From the NCBI GenBank assembly GCA_051362555.1, contig CM120646.1, positions 10,726,001 through 10,790,000 on the forward strand: a DNA stretch of 64,000 nucleotides, in the 5' to 3' direction. The notes beneath the pieces are model-generated. The model was given only the letters and a program-made list of their open reading frames with translations. It did not search any database and had not been told where the DNA came from. Origin of the DNA: Lingula anatina (Eukaryota; Animalia; Brachiopoda). Shown piece by piece: positions 9,164 through 24,146 of the stretch (positions are counted from its first letter, which is position 1; each line of letters starts with the position of its first letter). Both the position numbers and the translations under genes were made by a program.

Positions 9164-11447
9164 CACAGATAACTGATCAGCTTATTACTGATTTTTATTG
9201 CTGTTAAGCATCATTTGTGAAAATTTCAGAAACGCTGGACAAGATTTGACAAAATTATTATTGTTTAACTATTTTAAGTCTTGGGATTTGCCTGTCTTTT
9301 CGTTTTAATTTTGAGATTTTTCAAATATATTTTCCAAAGAAAATACTTTTCATTAGACACAGTCAACTGATCAGCTTATCACAGATTTTTATTGTTGTTA
9401 AGCATCATTTGTACAAATTTCAGAAATATTGGACAAGATTTGACAAAATTATTAACGTTTAACTATTTTAAGCCATGGAATTTACCTGTCTTTTTGTTGT
9501 TATTTTGAGTTTTCCTAAATATATTTTCCAAAGAAGACACTTTCTATTAGACACAGTCAACTGATCAGCTTATCACAGATTTTTATTGTTGTTAAGCATC
9601 TTTTATACCAATTTCAGAAATATTGGACAAGATTTGACAAAATTATTAACGTTTAACTATTTTAAGTCTAGGGATTTGACAGTCTTTTTAATGTCATTTT
9701 CAGTTTTCCCAAATATATTGTCCAAAGAAAATACTTTTCATTAGACACAGTCAACTGATCAACTTATCACAGATTTTTGTTGTTGTTAAGCATCTTTTGT
9801 ACAAATTTCAGAAATATTGGACAAGATTTGACAAAATTATTAACGTTTAACTATTTTGTCCTGGGATTTGCCAGTCTTTTCAATGTAACTTTAAATTTTC
9901 TTAAATATATTGTCCAAAGAAAATACTTCTCATTAGACACAGTCAACTGATCAGCTTATCACAGATTTTTATTGTTGTTAAGCATGATTTGTACGAATAT
10001 CAGAATTATTGGACAAGATTTGTCAAAATTATTAACATTTAACTATTTTAAGCCATGGAATTTGCCACTCTTTTCAATGTAACTTTAAATTTTCCTAAAT
10101 ATATTGTCCAAAGAAAATACTTCTCATTAGACACAGTCAACTGATCAGCTTATCACAGATTTTTATTGTTGTTAAGCATGATTTGTACGAATATCAGAAT
10201 TATTGGACAAGATTTGTCAAAATTATTAACATTTAACTATTTTAAGCCATGGAATTTGCCTGTCTTTTCGTTGTAATTTTGAGTTTTTCTAAATATATTT
10301 TCCAAAGAAGACACTTTTTATTATACACAGTCAACTGATCAGCTTATCACAGATTTTTATTGTTGTTAAGCATTTTTTGTACCAATTTCAAAAATGTTGG
10401 ACAAGATTTGACAAAATTATTAACGTTTAACTTTTTTAAGTTTTGGGATTTGCCAGTCTTTTCAATGTGATTTTCAGTTTTCCCAAATATATTGTCCAAA
10501 GAAAATACTTTTCATTAGACACAGTCAACTGATCAGCTTATCACAGATTTTTATTGTTGTTAAGCATTTTTTGTACCAATTTCAAAAATGTTGGACAAGA
10601 TTTGACAAAATTATTAACGTTTAACTATTTTAAGTCTAGGGATTTGCCAGTCTTTTTAATGTCATTTTCAGTTTTTTTCAAATATATTTTCCAAAGAAGA
10701 CACTTTTTTTTTGGCACAGTCAACTGATCAGCTTATCACAGATTTTTATTATTGTTCAGCATCTTTTCTACCAATTTCAGAAATATTGGACAAGATTTGA
10801 CAAATTTATTAACATTTAACTATTTTAAGTCTAGGGATTTGCCAGTCTTTTTAATATAATTTTCAGTTTTCCCAAATATATTTTCCAAAGAAAATACTTC
10901 TCATTAGACACAGTCAACTGATCAGCTTATCACAGATTTTTATTGTTGTTAAGCATTTTTTGTACCAATTTCAAAAATGTTGGACAAGATTTGACAAAAT
11001 TATTAACGTTTAACTTTTTTAAGTTTTGGGATTTGCCAGTCTTTTCAATGTGATTTTCAGTTTTCCCAAATATATTGTCCAAAGAAAATACTTTTCATTA
11101 GACACAGTCAACTGATCAACTTATCACAGATTTTTATTGTTGTTAAGCATCATTTGTACAAATTTCAGAAATATTGGACAAGATTTGACAAAAGTATTAA
11201 CGTTTAACTATTTTAAGTCTTGGGATTTGCCTGTCTTTTCGTTTTAATTTTGAGATTTTTCAAATATATTTTCCAAAGAAGACACTTTCTATTAGACACA
11301 GTCAACTGATCAGCTTATCACAGATTTTTATTGTTGTTAAGCATCTTTTGTACCAATTTCAGAAGTATTGGACAAGATTTGACAAAATTATTAACGTTTA
11401 ACTTTTTTAAGTTTTGGGATTTGCCAGTCTTTTCAATGTGATTTTCA

Positions 11448-11859
11448 TTCTTTTTTCAGTTATATTGTTCTTTTTCCAGAGTACCCTTATCATGAAAAAG
11501 CAGACAGTGAAAGACGGGATCAAGAGCAGCACCATGTCTTGTCCATGTGTACAATACATGATATGAAGCAAGATTTAGTGCATTGTCAAGTATTGTGGTA
11601 GCAGCAACCCATTCCAGAAACCCATTGTAAGGAGGAATCTGCATCTGGCATTGATAGTAAGGAGAAGTCCTGTATGGGTATATATTGTTTTCCAGATGAC
11701 AGTTCTAGGTAATTTGCAACCTCGTACACAAACAAACTCAAATCACCACATTTGCTGTTTTCTTTATTGGTAAACAATACATTGCAATATTGAAATATTT
11801 TTTGGTTAATTCTCACTCTTCTGATTATCAAATTTCAATAAATTTGACATTAAAAAAAA
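11448..11859 (+). repeat. Cassette copy 7, type A
   Basis: A markers. Confidence 0.93.
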
Positions 11860-12795
11860 CACAGATAACTGATCAGCTTATCACTGATTTTTATTGCTGT
11901 TAAGCATCATTTGTGAAAATTTCAGAAATGCTGGACAAGATTTGACAAAATTATTAACGTTTAACTATTTTAAGTCATGGTACTTGTCAGACTTTTTAAT
12001 GTAATTTTCAGTTTTTCTCAATATATTGTCCGAAGAAGAAACTTTCTATTAGACACAGTCAACTGATCAGCTTATCACAGATTTTTATTGTTGTTAAGCA
12101 TGATTTGTACAAATTTCAGAAATATTGGACAAGATTTGACAAAATTATTAACGTTTAACTATTTTAAGTCTTGGGATTTGCCTGTCTTTTCGTTTTAATT
12201 TTGAGATTTTTCAAATATATTTTCCAAAGAAGACACTTTCTATTAGACACAGTCAACTGATCAGCCTATCACAGATTTTTATTGTTATTAAGCATCTTTT
12301 GTACCAATTTCAGAAGTATTGGACAAGATTTGACAAAATTATTAACGTTTAACTATTTTAAGTCTAGGGATTTGCCAGTCTTTTTAATGTAATTTTCAGT
12401 TATCCCAAATATATTGTCCAAAGAAAATACTTTTCATTAGACACAGTCAACTGATCAGCTCATCACAGATTTTTATTGTTGTTAAGCATGTTAATTTGAA
12501 TTGTACGAATATCAGAATTACTGGACAAGATTTGACAAAATTATTAACGTTTAACTATTTTAAGTCTAGGGATTTGACAGTCTTTTTAATGTCATTTTCA
12601 GTTTTCCCAAATATATTGTCCAAAGAAAATACTTTTCATTAGACACAGTCAACTGATCAACTTATCACAGATTTTTATTGTTGTTAAGCATCTTTTGTAC
12701 CAATTTCAAAAATGTTGGAAAAAGATTTGACAAAATTATTAACGTTTAACTTTTTTAAGTTTTGGGATTTTCCAGTCTTTTCAATGTGATTTTCA

Positions 12796-13209
12796 TTCTT
12801 TTTTCAGTTATATTGTTCTTTTTCAGAGTTCCCTTACCATGAAAAAACAGACAGTGAAAGAAGGGATCAAGAGCAGCACCATGTCTTGTCCATGTGTACA
12901 ATACATGATATGAAGCAAGATTTAGGGCATTGTAAAGTACTATTGTGCTAACAGCAACCCATTCCAGAAACCCATTGTAAGGAGGAATCTGCATCTGGCA
13001 TTGATAGTAAGGAGAAGTCTTGTATGGGTATATATTGTTTTCCAGATGACAGTTCTAGGTAATTTGCAACCTCGTACACAAACAAACTCAAATCACCAAA
13101 TTTGCTGTTTTCTTTATTGGTAAACAATACATTATAATATTGAAATATTTTTTGGTTAATTCTCACTTTTCTGATTATCAATTTTCAATAAACTTGACAT
13201 TAAAAAAAA
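12796..13209 (+). repeat. Cassette copy 8, type C
   Basis: C markers TTTCAGAGTTCCC, AAAAAACAG, GAAGGG, with a mix of A and B alleles elsewhere. Confidence 0.92.
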
Positions 13210-15102
13210 CACAGATAACTGATCAGCTTATTACTGATTTTTATTGCTGTTAAGCATCATTTGTGAAAATTTCAGAAACGCTGGACAAGATTTGACAAAA
13301 TTATTATTGTTTAACTATTTTAAGTCTTGGGATTTGCCTGTCTTTTCGTTTTAATTTTGAGATTTTTCAAATATATTTTCCAAAGAAAATACTTTTCATT
13401 AGACACAGTCAACTGATCAGCTTATCACAGATTTTTATTGTTGTTAAGCATCATTTGTACAAATTTCAGAAATATTGGACAAGATTTGACAAAATTATTA
13501 ACGTTTAACTATTTTAAGCCATGGAATTTACCTGTCTTTTTGTTGTTATTTTGAGTTTTCCTAAATATATTTTCCAAAGAAGACACTTTCTATTAGACAC
13601 AGTCAACTGATCAGCTTATCACAGATTTTTATTGTTGTTAAGCATCTTTTATACCAATTTCAGAAATATTGGACAAGATTTGACAAAATTATTAACGTTT
13701 AACTATTTTAAGTCTAGGGATTTGACAGTCTTTTTAATGTCATTTTCAGTTTTCCCAAATATATTGTCCAAAGAAAATACTTTTCATTAGACACAGTCAA
13801 CTGATCAACTTATCACAGATTTTTGTTGTTGTTAAGCATCTTTTGTACAAATTTCAGAAATATTGGACAAGATTTGACAAAATTATTAACGTTTAACTAT
13901 TTTGTCCTGGGATTTGCCAGTCTTTTCAATGTAACTTTAAATTTTCCTAAATATATTGTCCAAAGAAAATACTTCTCATTAGACACAGTCAACTGATCAG
14001 CTTATCACAGATTTTTATTGTTGTTAAGCATGATTTGTACGAATATCAGAATTATTGGACAAGATTTGTCAAAATTATTAACATTTAACTATTTTAAGCC
14101 ATGGAATTTGCCTGTCTTTTCGTTGTAATTTTGAGTTTTTCTAAATATATTTTCCAAAGAAGACACTTTTTATTATACACAGTCAACTGATCAGCTTATC
14201 ACAGATTTTTATTGTTGTTAAGCATTTTTTGTACCAATTTCAAAAATGTTGGACAAGATTTGACAAAATTATTAACGTTTAACTATTTTGTCCTGGGATT
14301 TGCCAGTCTTTTCAATGTAACTTTAAATTTTCCTAAATATATTGTCCAAAGAAAATACTTCTCATTAGACACAGTCAACTGATCAGCTTATCACAGGTTT
14401 TTATTGTTGTTAAGCATGATTTGTACGAATATCAGAATTATTGGACAAGATTTGTCAAAATTATTAACATTTAACTATTTTAAGCCATGGAATTTGCCAG
14501 TCTTTTCAATGTAACTTTAAATTTTCCTAAATATATTGTCCAAAGAAAATACTTCTCATTAGACACAGTCAACTGATCAGCTTATCACAGATTTTTATTG
14601 TTGTTAAGCATGATTTGTACGAATATCAGAATTATTGGACAAGATTTGTCAAAATTATTAACATTTAACTATTTTAAGCCATGGAATTTGCCTGTCTTTT
14701 CGTTGTAATTTTGAGTTTTTCTAAATATATTTTCCAAAGAAGACACTTTTTATTATACACAGTCAACTGATCAGCTTATCACAGATTTTTATTGTTGTTA
14801 AGCATTTTTTGTACCAATTTCAAAAATGTTGGACAAGATTTGACAAAATTATTAACGTTTAACTTTTTTAAGTTTTGGGATTTGCCAGTCTTTTCAATGT
14901 GATTTTCAGTTTTCCCAAATATATTGTCCAAAGAAAATACTTTTCATTAGACACAGTCAACTGATCAGCTTATCACAGATTTTTATTGTTGTTAAGCATC
15001 TTTTGTACCAATTTCAAAAATGTTGGATAAGATTTGACAAAATTATTAATGTTTAACTATTTTTAGTTTTGGGATTTTCCAGTCTTTTCAATGTGATTTT
15101 CA

Positions 15103-15517
15103 TTCTTTTTTCAGTTATATTGTTCTTTTTCTAGACTACCCTTACCATGAAAAAGCAGACAGTGAAAGATGAGATCAAGAGCAGCACCATGTCTTTTCCA
15201 TGTGTACAATACATGATATGAAGCAAGATTTAGGGCATTGTCAAGTACTATTGTGCTAACAGCAACCCATTCCAGAAACCCATTGTAAGGAGGAATCTGC
15301 ATCTGGCATTGATAGTAAGGAGAAGTTTTGTATGGGTATATATTGTTTTCCAGATGACAGTTCTAGGTAATTTGCAACCTCGTACACAAACAAACTCAAA
15401 TCACCAAATTTGCTGTTTTCTTTATTGGTAAACAATACATTGCAATATTGAAATATTTTTTGGTTAATTCTCACTTTTTTGATTATCAATTTTCAATAAA
15501 CTTGACATTAAAAAAAA
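15103..15517 (+). repeat. Cassette copy 9, type B
   Basis: B markers. Confidence 0.93.
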
Positions 15518-17025
15518 CACAGATAACTGATCAGCTTATTACTGATTTTTATTGCTGTTAAGCATCATTTGTGAAAATTTCAGAAACGCTGGACAAGATT
15601 TGACAAAATTATTATTGTTTAACTATTTTAAGTCATGGTATTTGCCAGTCTTTTCAATGTAACTTTAAATTTTCCTAAATATATTGTCCAAAGAAAATAC
15701 TTCTCATTAGACACAGTCAACTGATCAGCTTATCACAGATTTTTATTGTTGTTAAGCATGATTTGTACAAATATCAGAATTATTGGACAAGATTTGTCAA
15801 AATTATTAACATTTAACTATTTTAAGCCATGGAATTTGCCTGTCTTTTCGTTGTAATTTTGAGTTTTTCTAAATATATTTTCCAAAGAAGACACTTTTTA
15901 TTATACACAGTCAACTGATCAGCTTATCACAGATTTTTATTGTTGTTAAGCATTTTTTGTACCAATTTCAAAAATGTTGGACAAGATTTGACAAAATTAT
16001 TAACGTTTAACTTTTTTAAGTTTTGGGATTTGCCAGTCTTTTCAATGTGATTTTCAGTTTTCCCAAATATATTGTCCAAAGAAAATACTTTTCATTAGAC
16101 ACAGTCAACTGATCAGCTTATCACAGATTTTTATTGTTGTTAAGCGTTTTTTGTATCAATTTCAAAAATGTTGGACAAGATTTGACAAAATTATTAACGT
16201 TTAACTATTTTAAGTCTAGGGATTTGCCAGTCTTTTTAATGTCATTTTCAGTTTTTTTCAAATATATTTTCCAAAGAAGACACTTTTTTTTTGGCACAGT
16301 CAACTGATCAGCTTATCACAGATTTTTATTGTTGTTAAGCATCTTTTGTACCGATTTCAGAAATATTGGAGAAGATTTGACAAAATTATTAACGTTTAAC
16401 TATTTTGTCCTGGGATTTGCCTATCTTTTCGTTGTAATTTTGAGTTTTCCCAAATATATTGTCCAAAGAAAATACTTCTCATTAGACACAGTCAACTGAT
16501 CAGCTTATCACAGATTTTTATTGTTGTTAAGCATGATTTGTACGAATATCAGAATTATTGGACAAGATTTGTCAAAATTATTAACATTTAACTATTTTAA
16601 GCCATGGAATTTGCCTGTCTTTTCGTTGTAATTTTGAGTTTTTCTAAATATATTTTCCAAAGAAGACACTTTTTATTATACACAGTCAACTGATCAGCTT
16701 ATCACAGATTTTTATTGTTGTTAAGCATTTTTTGTACCAATTTCAAAAATGTTGGACAAGATTTGACAAAATTATTAACGTTTAACTTTTTTAAGTTTTG
16801 GGATTTGCCAGTCTTTTCAATGTGATTTTCAGTTTTCCCAAATATATTGTCCAAAGAAAATACTTTTCATTAGACACAGTCAACTGATCAGCTTATCACA
16901 GATTTTTATTGTTGTTAAGCATCTTTTGTACCAATTTCAAAAATGTTGGATAAGATTTGACAAAATTATTAATGTTTAACTATTTTTAGTTTTGGGATTT
17001 TCCAGTCTTTTCAATGTGATTTTCA

Positions 17026-17440
17026 TTCTTTTTTCAGTTATATTGTTCTTTTTCTAGACTACCCTTACCATGAAAAAGCAGACAGTGAAAGATGAGATCA
17101 AGAGCAGCACCATGTCTTTTCCATGTGTACAATACATGATATGAAGCAAGATTTAGGGCATTGTCAAGTACTATTGTGCTAACAGCAACCCATTCCAGAA
17201 ACCCATTGTAAGGAGGAATCTGCATCTGGCATTGATAGTAAGGAGAAGTTTTGTATGGGTATATATTGTTTTCCAGATGACAGTTCTAGGTAATTTGCAA
17301 CCTCGTACACAAACAAACTCAAATCACCAAATTTGCTGTTTTCTTTATTGGTAAACAATACATTGCAATATTGAAATATTTTTTGGTTAATTCTCACTTT
17401 TTTGATTATCAATTTTCAATAAACTTGACATTAAAAAAAA
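17026..17440 (+). repeat. Cassette copy 10, type B
   Basis: B markers; 1923 bp after copy 9. Confidence 0.93.
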
Positions 17441-17979
17441 CACAGATAACTGATCAGCTTATTACTGATTTTTATTGCTGTTAAGCATCATTTGTGAAAA
17501 TTTCAGAAACGCTGGACAAGATTTGACAAAATTATTATTGTTTAACTATTTTAAGTCATGGTATTTGCCAGTCTTTTCAATGTAACTTTAAATTTTCCTA
17601 AATATATTGTCCAAAGAAAATACTTCTCATTAGACACAGTCAACTGATCAGCTTATCACAGATTTTTATTGTTGTTAAGCATTTTTTGTACCAATTTCAA
17701 AAATGTTGGACAAGATTTGACAAAATTATTAACGTTTAACTTTTTTAAGTTTTGGGATTTGCCAGTCTTTTCGTTGTAATTTTGAGTTTTTCTAAATATA
17801 TTTTCCAAAGAAGACACTTTTTATTATACACAGTCAACTGATCAGCTTATCACAGATTTTTATTGTTGTTAAGCATTTTTTGTACCAATTTCAAAAATGT
17901 TGGACAAGATTTGACAAAATTATTAACGTTTAACTTTTTTAAGTTTTGGGATTTGCCACTCTTTTCAATGTGATTTTCA

Positions 17980-18391
17980 TTCTTTTTTCAGTTATATTGT
18001 TCTTTTTCCAGAGTACCCTTATCATGAAAAAGCAGACAGTGAAAGACGGGATCAAGAGCAGCACCATGTCTTGTCCATGTGTACAATACATGATATGAAG
18101 CAAGATTTAGTGCATTGTCAAGTATTGTGGTAGCAGCAACCCATTCCAGAAACCCATTGTAAGGAGGAATCTGCATCTGGCATTGATAGTAAGGAGAAGT
18201 CCTGTATGGGTATATATTGTTTTCCAGATGACAGTTCTAGGTAATTTGCAACCTCGTACACAAACAAACTCAAATCACCACATTTGCTGTTTTCTTTATT
18301 GGTAAACAATACATTGCAATATTGAAATATTTTTTGGTTAATTCTCACTCTTCTGATTATCAAATTTCAATAAACTTGACATTAAAAAAAA
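17980..18391 (+). repeat. Cassette copy 11, type A
   Basis: A markers; shortest spacing seen (954 bp). Confidence 0.93.
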
Positions 18392-20294
18392 CACAGATAA
18401 CTGATCAGCTTATCACTGATTTTTATTGCTGTTAAGCATCATTTGTGAAAATTTCAGAAATGCTGGACAAGATTTGACAAAATTATTAACGTTTAACTAT
18501 TTTAAGTCATGGTACTTGTCAGACTTTTTAATGTAATTTTCAGTTTTTCTCAATATATTGTCCGAAGAAGAAACTTTCTATTAGACACAGTCAACTGATC
18601 AGCTTATCACAGATTTTTATTGTTGTTAAGCATCTTTTATACCAATTTCGGAAATATTGGACAAGATTTGACAAAATTATTAACGTTTAACTATTTTAAG
18701 TCTAGGGATTTGACAGTCTTTTTAATGTCATTTTCAGTTTTCCCAAATATATTGTCCAAAGAAAATACTTTTCATTAGACACAGTCAACTGATCAACTTA
18801 TCACAGATTTTTATTGTTGTTAAGCATCATTTGTACAAATTTCAGAAATATTGGACAAGATTTGACAAAAGTATTAACGTTTAACTATTTTAAGTCTTGG
18901 GATTTGCCTGTCTTTTCGTTTTAATTTTGAGATTTTTCAAATATATTTTCCAAAGAAGACACTTTCTATTAGACACAGTCAACTGATCAGCTTATCACAG
19001 ATTTTTATTGTTGTTAAGCATCTTTTGTACCAATTTCAGAAGTATTGGACAAGATTTGACAAAATTATTAACGTTTAACTATTTTAAGTCTTGGGATTTG
19101 CCAGTCTTTTTAATGTAATTTTCAGTTATCCCAAATATATTGTCCAAAGAAAATACTTTTCATTAGACACAGTCAACTGATCAGCTCATCACAGATTTTT
19201 ATTGTTGTTAAGCATGTTAATTTGAATTGTACGAATATCAGAATTACTGGACAAGATTTGACAAAATTATTAACATTTAACTATTTTAAGCCATGGAATT
19301 TGCCTGTCTTTTCGTTGTAATTTTGAGTTTTTCTAAATATATTTTCCAAAGAAGACACTTTTTATTATACACAGTCAACTGATCAGCTTATCACAGATTT
19401 TTATTGTTGTTAAGCATCATTTGTACAAATTTCAGAAATATTGGACAAGATTTGACAAAATTATTAATGTTTAACTATTTTAAGTCTAGGGATTTGCCAG
19501 TCTTTTTAATGTCATTTTGAGTTTTCCCAAATATATTTTCCAAAGAAGAAACTTTCTATTAGACACAGTCAACTGATCAGCTTATCACAGATTTTTATTG
19601 CTGTTAAGCATCTTTTGTACCAATTTCAGAAATATTGGACAAGATTTGACAAAATTATTAACGTTTAACTATTTTAAGTCTAGGGATTTGACAGTCTTTT
19701 TAATATAATTTTCAGTTTTCCCAAATATATTGTCCAAAGAAAATACTTCTCATTAGACACAGTCAACTGATCAGCTTATCACAGATTTTTGTTGTTGTTA
19801 AGCATCTTTTGTACAAATTTCAGAAATATTGGACAAGATTTGACAAAATTATTAACGTTTAACTATTTTGTCCTGGGATTTGCCAGTCTTTTCAATGTAA
19901 CTTTAAATTTTCCTAAATATATTGTCCAAAGAAAATACTTCTCATTAGACACAGTCAACTGATCAGCTTATCACAGATTTTTATTGTTGTTAAGCATGAT
20001 TTGTACGAATATCAGAATTATTGGACAAGATTTGTCAAAATTATTAACATTTAACTATTTTAAGCCATGGAATTTGCCTGTCTTTTCGTTGTAATTTTGA
20101 GTTTTTCTAAATATATTTTCCAAAGAAGACACTTTTTATTATACACAGTCAACTGATCAGCTTATCACAGATTTTTATTGTTGTTAAGCATTTTTTGTAC
20201 CAATTTCAAAAATGTTGGACAAGATTTGACAAAATTATTAACGTTTAACTTTTTTAAGTTTTGGGATTTGCCAGTCTTTTCAATGTGATTTTCA

Positions 20295-20706
20295 TTCTTT
20301 TTTCAGTTATATTGTTCTTTTTCCAGAGTACCCTTATCATGAAAAAGCAGACAGTGAAAGCCGGGATCAAGAGCAGCACCATGTCTTGTCCATGTGTACA
20401 ATACATGATATGAAGCAAGATTTAGTGCATTGTCAAGTATTGTGGTAGCAGCAACCCATTCCAGAAACCCATTGTAAGGAGGAATCTGCATCTGGCATTG
20501 ATAGTAAGGAGAAGTCCTGTATGGGTATATATTGTTTTCCAGATGACAGTTCTAGGTAATTTGCAACCTCGTACACAAACAAACTCAAATCACCACATTT
20601 GCTGTTTTCTTTATTGGTAAACAATACATTGCAATATTGAAATATTTTTTGGTTAATTCTCACTCTTCTGATTATCAAATTTCAATAAACTTGACATTAA
20701 AAAAAA
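20295..20706 (+). repeat. Cassette copy 12, type A (GCCGGG subvariant)
   Basis: A markers. Confidence 0.93.
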
Positions 20707-21825
20707 CACAGATAACTGATCAGCTTATCACTGATTTTTATTGCTGTTAAGCATCATTTGTGAAAATTTCAGAAATGCTGGACAAGATTTGACAAAATTA
20801 TTAATGTTTAACTATTTTAAGTCATGGTACTTGTCAGACTTTTTAATGTAATTTTCAGTTTTTCTCAATATATTGTCTGAAGAAGAAACTTACTATTAGA
20901 CACAGTCAACTGATCAGCTTATCACAGATTTTTATTGTTGTTAAGCATCATTTGTACAAATTTCAGAAATATTGGACAAGATTTGACAAAATTATTAACG
21001 TTTAACTATTTTAAGTTTTGGGATTTGCCTGTCTTTTCGTTTTAATTTTGAGATTTTTCAAATATATTTTCCAAAGAAGACACTTTCTATTAGACACAGT
21101 CAACTGATCAGCTTATCACAGATTTTTATTGTTATTAAGCATCTTTTATACCAATTTCAGAAATATTGGACAAGATTTGACAAAATTATTAACGTTTAAC
21201 TATTTTAAGTCTAGGGATTTGACAGTCTTTTTAATATAATTTTCAGTTTTCCCAAATATATTGTCCAAAGAAAATACTTCTCATTAGACACAGTCAACTG
21301 ATCAGCTTATCACAGATTTTTGTTGTTGTTAAGCATCTTTTGTACAAATTTCAGAAATATTGGACAAGATTTGACAAAATTATTAACGTTTAACTATTTT
21401 GTCCTGGGATTTGCCAGTCTTTTCAATGTAACTTTAAATTTTCCTAAATATATTGTCCAAAGAAAATACTTCTCATTAGACACAGTCAACTGATCAGCTT
21501 ATCACAGATTTGTATTGTTGTTAAGCATGATTTGTACGAATATCAGAATTATTGGACAAGATTTGTCAAAATTATTAACATTTAACTATTTTAAGCCATG
21601 GAATTTGCCTGTCTTTTCGTTGTAATTTTGAGTTTTTCTAAATATATTTTCCAAAGAAGACACTTTTTATTATACACAGTCAACTGATCAGCTTATCACA
21701 GATTTTTATTGTTGTTAAGCATTTTTTGTACCAATTTCAAAAATGTTGGACAAGATTTGACAAAATTATTAACGTTTAACTTTTTTAAGTTTTGGGATTT
21801 GCCAGTCTTTTCAATGTGATTTTCA

Positions 21826-22237
21826 TTCTTTTTTCAGTTATATTGTTCTTTTTCCAGAGTACCCTTATCATGAAAAAGCAGACAGTGAAAGCCGGGATCA
21901 AGAGCAGCACCATGTCTTGTCCATGTGTACAATACATGATATGAAGCAAGATTTAGTGCATTGTCAAGTATTGTGGTAGCAGCAACCCATTCCAGAAACC
22001 CATTGTAAGGAGGAATCTGCATCTGGCATTGATAGTAAGGAGAAGTCCTGTATGGGTATATATTGTTTTCCAGATGACAGTTCTAGGTAATTTGCAACCT
22101 CGTACACAAACAAACTCAAATCACCACATTTGCTGTTTTCTTTATTGGTAAACAATACATTGCAATATTGAAATATTTTTTGGTTAATTCTCACTCTTCT
22201 GATTATCAAATTTCAATAAACTTGACATTAAAAAAAA
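21826..22237 (+). repeat. Cassette copy 13, type A (GCCGGG subvariant)
   Basis: A markers; 1531 bp after copy 12. Confidence 0.93.
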
Positions 22238-23742
22238 CACAGATAACTGATCAGCTTATCACTGATTTTTATTGCTGTTAAGCATCATTTGTGAAAATTT
22301 CAGAAATGCTGGACAAGATTTGACAAAATTATTAATGTTTAACTATTTTAAGTCATGGTACTTGTCAGACTTTTTAATGTAATTTTCAGTTTTTCTCAAT
22401 ATATTGTCTGAAGAAGAAACTTACTATTAGACACAGTCAACTGATCAGCTTATCACAGATTTTTATTGTTGTTAAGCATCATTTGTACAAATTTCAGAAA
22501 TATTGGACAAGATTTGACAAAATTATTAACGTTTAACTATTTTAAGTTTTGGGATTTGCCTGTCTTTTCGTTTTAATTTTGAGATTTTTCAAATATATTT
22601 TCCAAAGAAGACACTTTCTATTAGACACAGTCAACTGATCAGCTTATCACAGATTTTTATTGTTATTAAGCATCTTTTATACCAATTTCAGAAATATTGG
22701 ACAAGATTTGACAAAATTATTAACGTTTAACTATTTTAAGTCTAGGGATTTGACAGTCTTTTTAATATAATTTTCAGTTTTCCCAAATATATTGTCCAAA
22801 GAAAATACTTCTCATTAGACACAGTCAACTGATCAGCTTATCACAGATTTTTGTTGTTGTTAAGCATCTTTTGTACAAATTTCAGAAATATTGGACAAGA
22901 TTTGACAAAATTATTAACGTTTAACTATTTTGTCCTGGGATTTGCCAGTCTTTTCAATGTAACTTTAAATTTTCCTAAATATATTGTCCAAAGAAAATAC
23001 TTCTCATTAGACACAGTCAACTGATCAGCTTATCACAGATTTTTATTGTTGTTAAGCATGATTTGTACGAATATCAGAATTATTGGACAAGATTTGTCAA
23101 AATTATTAACATTTAACTATTTTAAGTCTAGGGATTTGACAGTCTTTTTAATATAATTTTCAGTTTTCCCAAATATATTGTCCAAAGAAAATACTTCTCA
23201 TTAGACACAGTCAACTGATCAGCTTATCACAGATTTTTGTTGTTGTTAAGCATCTTTTGTACAAATTTCAGAAATATTGGACAAGATTTGACAAAATTAT
23301 TAACGTTTAACTATTTTGTCCTGGGATTTGCCAGTCTTTTCAATGTAACTTTAAATTTTCCTAAATATATTGTCCAAAGAAAATACTTCTCATTAGACAC
23401 AGTCAACTGATCAGCTTATCACAGATTTTTATTGTTGTTAAGCATGATTTGTACGAATATCAGAATTATTGGACAAGATTTGTCAAAATTATTAACATTT
23501 AACTATTTTAAGCCATGGAATTTGCCTGTCTTTTCGTTGTAATTTTGAGTTTTTCTAAATATATTTTCCAAAGAAGACACTTTTTATTATACACAGTCAA
23601 CTGATCAGCTTATCACAGATTTTTATTGTTGTTAAGCATTTTTTGTACCAATTTCAAAAATGTTGGACAAGATTTGACAAAATTATTAACGTTTAACTTT
23701 TTTAAGTTTTGGGATTTGCCAGTCTTTTCAATGTGATTTTCA

Positions 23743-24146
23743 TTCTTTTTTCAGTTATATTGTTCTTTTTCCAGAGTACCCTTATCATGAAAAAGCAGAC
23801 AGTGAAAGCCGGGATCAAGAGCAGCACCATGTCTTGTCCATGTGTACAATACATGATATGAAGCAAGATTTAGTGCATTGTCAAGTATTGTGGTAGCAGC
23901 AACCCATTCCAGAAACCCATTGTAAGGAGGAATCTGCATCTGGCATTGATAGTAAGGAGAAGTCCTGTATATTGTTTTCCAGATGACAGTTCTAGGTAAT
24001 TTGCAACCTCGTACACAAACAAACTCAAATCACCACATTTGCTGTTTTCTTTATTGGTAAACAATACATTGCAATATTGAAATATTTTTTGGTTAATTCT
24101 CACTCTTCTGATTATCAAATTTCAATAAACTTGACATTAAAAAAAA
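23743..24146 (+). repeat. Cassette copy 14, type A with 8-bp deletion
   Basis: GTCCTGTAT^ATTGTTTT near 23970 lacks GGGTATAT. Confidence 0.92.
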
